From positions 672,001 through 736,000 of the forward strand of contig CBDCWI010000001.1 of assembly GCA_965223325.1 (NCBI GenBank): a stretch of DNA of 64,000 bases. The letters run 5' to 3'. How positions within the stretch are numbered: the stretch's first letter is position 1; the number at the start of each line of letters is the position of its first letter. This DNA comes from Candidatus Multivoradales bacterium (GTDB lineage Bacteria > Acidobacteriota > Thermoanaerobaculia > Multivoradales > Multivoraceae). The notes beneath the pieces are model-generated. The model searched no databases, was not told the origin of the DNA, and saw nothing but the letters and a program-made list of their open reading frames with translations. Below are positions 62,003 through 64,000 of this stretch, one piece after another. The translations under genes were made by a program, and so were the position numbers.

Positions 62003-64000
62003 TCAGGAGGCCTGGATCGCAAAGTCCGTCATCTGGTAGATCACCCGGCCGTCGACCCGCAAGAAGGCATCGGCGCGGATGATCCGCGCCAAATCATCGA
62101 TCTCACGGATCGAGGCCTGGACCTCGACTCGGGAGTCGGACGGGATGACCTGGCCGCGGTAGCTCCAGGAATGCTCGTGACCCACTGGGAACGTCGCAAA
62201 CCGCATGCCGTCAGAGGTCTCGGCTCCCCAGCGATCGAAAGCGATGGCCTTGAGCAATTGCAGGGCCGCCTCGAGACCCAGCGAGCCTGGCCACACCGGG
62301 TCCTCGAAGAAGTGTGCCTCGAAGAACCAGAAGCTCGGGTCGACCCCGATCGAACCATCAATCAGGCCGCGGCCGTGCGCGCCACCGGTGGGATCCCAAC
62401 GATCGATGTCAGAAACCATGCGCATCTGCGCAGCCGGAAGCGGCGCCACATCAGGCAGCGGACCCATGGCCTGACCGCCGGGGTTCTCGATCCACGGCGC
62501 GTCGCGCATGCCGACCTGATTGGCGAGCGCCGCCTGTCCGAAGAACCCGAAGTAGGTCGTGCCGCGATAGCAGGGGCCGAATTCTCGACTCGTCACCTCG
62601 AGCGCGTAGTGCTGAATGATCATGTCGGCGCTCTTGCTGACCGAAGTGAGCTCGGCGCGCGTCGTCAGAACGTCGGGTACGCGAGAGAGGGGCGTGAGCA
62701 GCGTCGCCTCGCCACCGAGGTTGCGGAACTTGAGATCGGTTTCGCTCTCGAGCGCCGAACCGCAGTAGGCCGCCAACCACCCGCAGGGCTGCAAAGCTGC
62801 CTCGAGAAGTACCGCGAATGGCAGGGCGTCCTGGCGGTTGGCGCCATAGAACCACTGCTCCGGCTCGACATCCCACTGCGCCTCGCAGGAAGCCCCAGCC
62901 TTCATCTCGAAAGGCTGACCTGAAAGTGCAGTGATGCGATCGAGAAACTGGAAGGGCGGACGCGGCAGCCGGGCGATCTTGCGTTGCTCGTCGAACACCA
63001 GGTAGGGCGCACCGAAGGCCTCTGACGGCCGGCCGGTCGAGAACGCCAGAATGCGCTCCCGGTCGTAGATCGCCGGCAGAACGTCTGGGCCTCCAGTCGA
63101 TGCGCTCTCGCGGCCAGAGGCTGGCAAGCCCCAGAGGACCTCGAGCGCCTGGCGATCCGTACCGGTCAAGCGGAGCGACATGCCGTCCATCTCGACGATC
63201 GGTCGACCGTCGGCGAACATGAGAGCACGCACGATAGCGTAGGGCGCACCCTCGTCTCCCGGCGCCCCGCCGCCTTGAGGGTGAAAGCGCCGCGATGGGC
63301 GGCCATAGCCGACTTCCTGCACGTCGATCTCATAGGCCACTGTTTCGGTGCTCTCGAGCACTTGACCCCGGCAACGCAGGCGACCGGCAACGCCGGGCAC
63401 CGGCTGCCAGGCCGAATCGTCGCCGCCGAGCCAACCGAAACGCAGGAGCAAAACCCGGAGGGTGTGCAAGCAGCACTCGTACATCAGGGTTCCGGGCATC
63501 ACCCGGTCATCGACGAAGTGACAGGTCAAGAACCAGTCCTCGGGGTCGATATCCGCCTCTCCACGGACAAAACCGAGGCCGGCCGAGCCGCCGTTCGGTT
63601 CGAGGGCGGTGATCCGGTCGACGAGCTCGAGCATCCCACCCGGCAGGGTGTTGACCTCCCCGACGACGCGCTCGGGTTCTAGGAAGGCCGTGCCGAAAGC
63701 CTGGGCGAGCTTTCCGCTACGGAGGGCAAGGAGAGCAACGCGGTCATAGCTCTCGGTTTCCTCAGCTGCCATGGGTGCCAATTGCAGGTTGCCGGCGCCC
63801 CCGGTCGCGGGCACGGATTCCGCCGGCATGGGCGGGCGTTCGACGACACCTTTCCCCGCCGCCAGTTCGGCTTCGGTGAAAAAGCCCGCACATCCATCGC
63901 GCATCGTGAGGACCGGGTCGCCGGACGGTGTCACCGCGTCGTAGTGAAATCGAAACAGCCAGGTGTCACCCTGTTTGAAGAAGCGGTCGATCTCAATGTC
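62003..64000 (-). CDS. pfaC: PUFA-synthase PfaC-like protein, C-terminal FabA-type dehydratase domains (5' part outside window)
   Basis: Frame open to the window edge (DIEIDRFFKQGDTWLFRF). Two active DH motifs, WFLTCHFVDDRVMPGTLM and WFFEAHFFEDPVWPGSLG, alternate with pseudo-DH domains. Confidence 0.85.
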   Translation of the reverse strand, partial: DIEIDRFFKQGDTWLFRFHYDAVTPSGDPVLTMRDGCAGFFTEAELAAGKGVVERPPMPAESVPATGGAGNLQLAPMAAEETESYDRVALLALRSGKLAQAFGTAFLEPERVVGEVNTLPGGMLELVDRITALEPNGGSAGLGFVRGEADIDPEDWFLTCHFVDDRVMPGTLMYECCLHTLRVLLLRFGWLGGDDSAWQPVPGVAGRLRCRGQVLESTETVAYEIDVQEVGYGRPSRRFHPQGGGAPGDEGAPYAIVRALMFADGRPIVEMDGMSLRLTGTDRQALEVLWGLPASGRESASTGGPDVLPAIYDRERILAFSTGRPSEAFGAPYLVFDEQRKIARLPRPPFQFLDRITALSGQPFEMKAGASCEAQWDVEPEQWFYGANRQDALPFAVLLEAALQPCGWLAAYCGSALESETDLKFRNLGGEATLLTPLSRVPDVLTTRAELTSVSKSADMIIQHYALEVTSREFGPCYRGTTYFGFFGQAALANQVGMRDAPWIENPGGQAMGPLPDVAPLPAAQMRMVSDIDRWDPTGGAHGRGLIDGSIGVDPSFWFFEAHFFEDPVWPGSLGLEAALQLLKAIAFDRWGAETSDGMRFATFPVGHEHSWSYRGQVIPSDSRVEVQASIREIDDLARIIRADAFLRVDGRVIYQMTDFAIQAS

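Overview
GC-rich bacterial chromosomal segment, probably Acidobacteriota (Thermoanaerobaculia-like). That assignment is inferred from an ADOP-type duplicated permease, an IPTL-CTERM-like tail and an 'IFADDFE..W' C-terminal motif. Most genes are housekeeping or metabolic: a ThDP enzyme, an acyl-CoA synthetase, egtB, aceE-aceF-lpdA, pnuC, thiC, ABC transporters, a CoA-transferase operon, 5'-nucleotidase, a GGDEF-EAL sensor, prfC and rnhA. Six items stand out. (1) One ~1460-aa ORF fuses a complete topoisomerase III to a complete RecQ helicase. (2) A PUFA-synthase (PfaC-like) gene precedes oleA-oleB-oleC, with oleD and a PPTase displaced ~8 kb downstream, suggesting a polyunsaturated hydrocarbon or beta-lactone pathway. 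(3) The TPP riboswitch before thiC carries two large inserted hairpins, one inside the J4/5 ligand-binding junction. (4) RNase HI has a second, degenerate RNase H domain. (5) A non-coding 92-bp tandem repeat and a ~290-nt hairpin sit at the centre of a zone of strong strand-composition skew. (6) There is a frameshifted beta-lactamase-family pseudogene. No rRNA, tRNA, CRISPR array or transposase was recognised. All calls come from reading motifs by eye; no searches were run.
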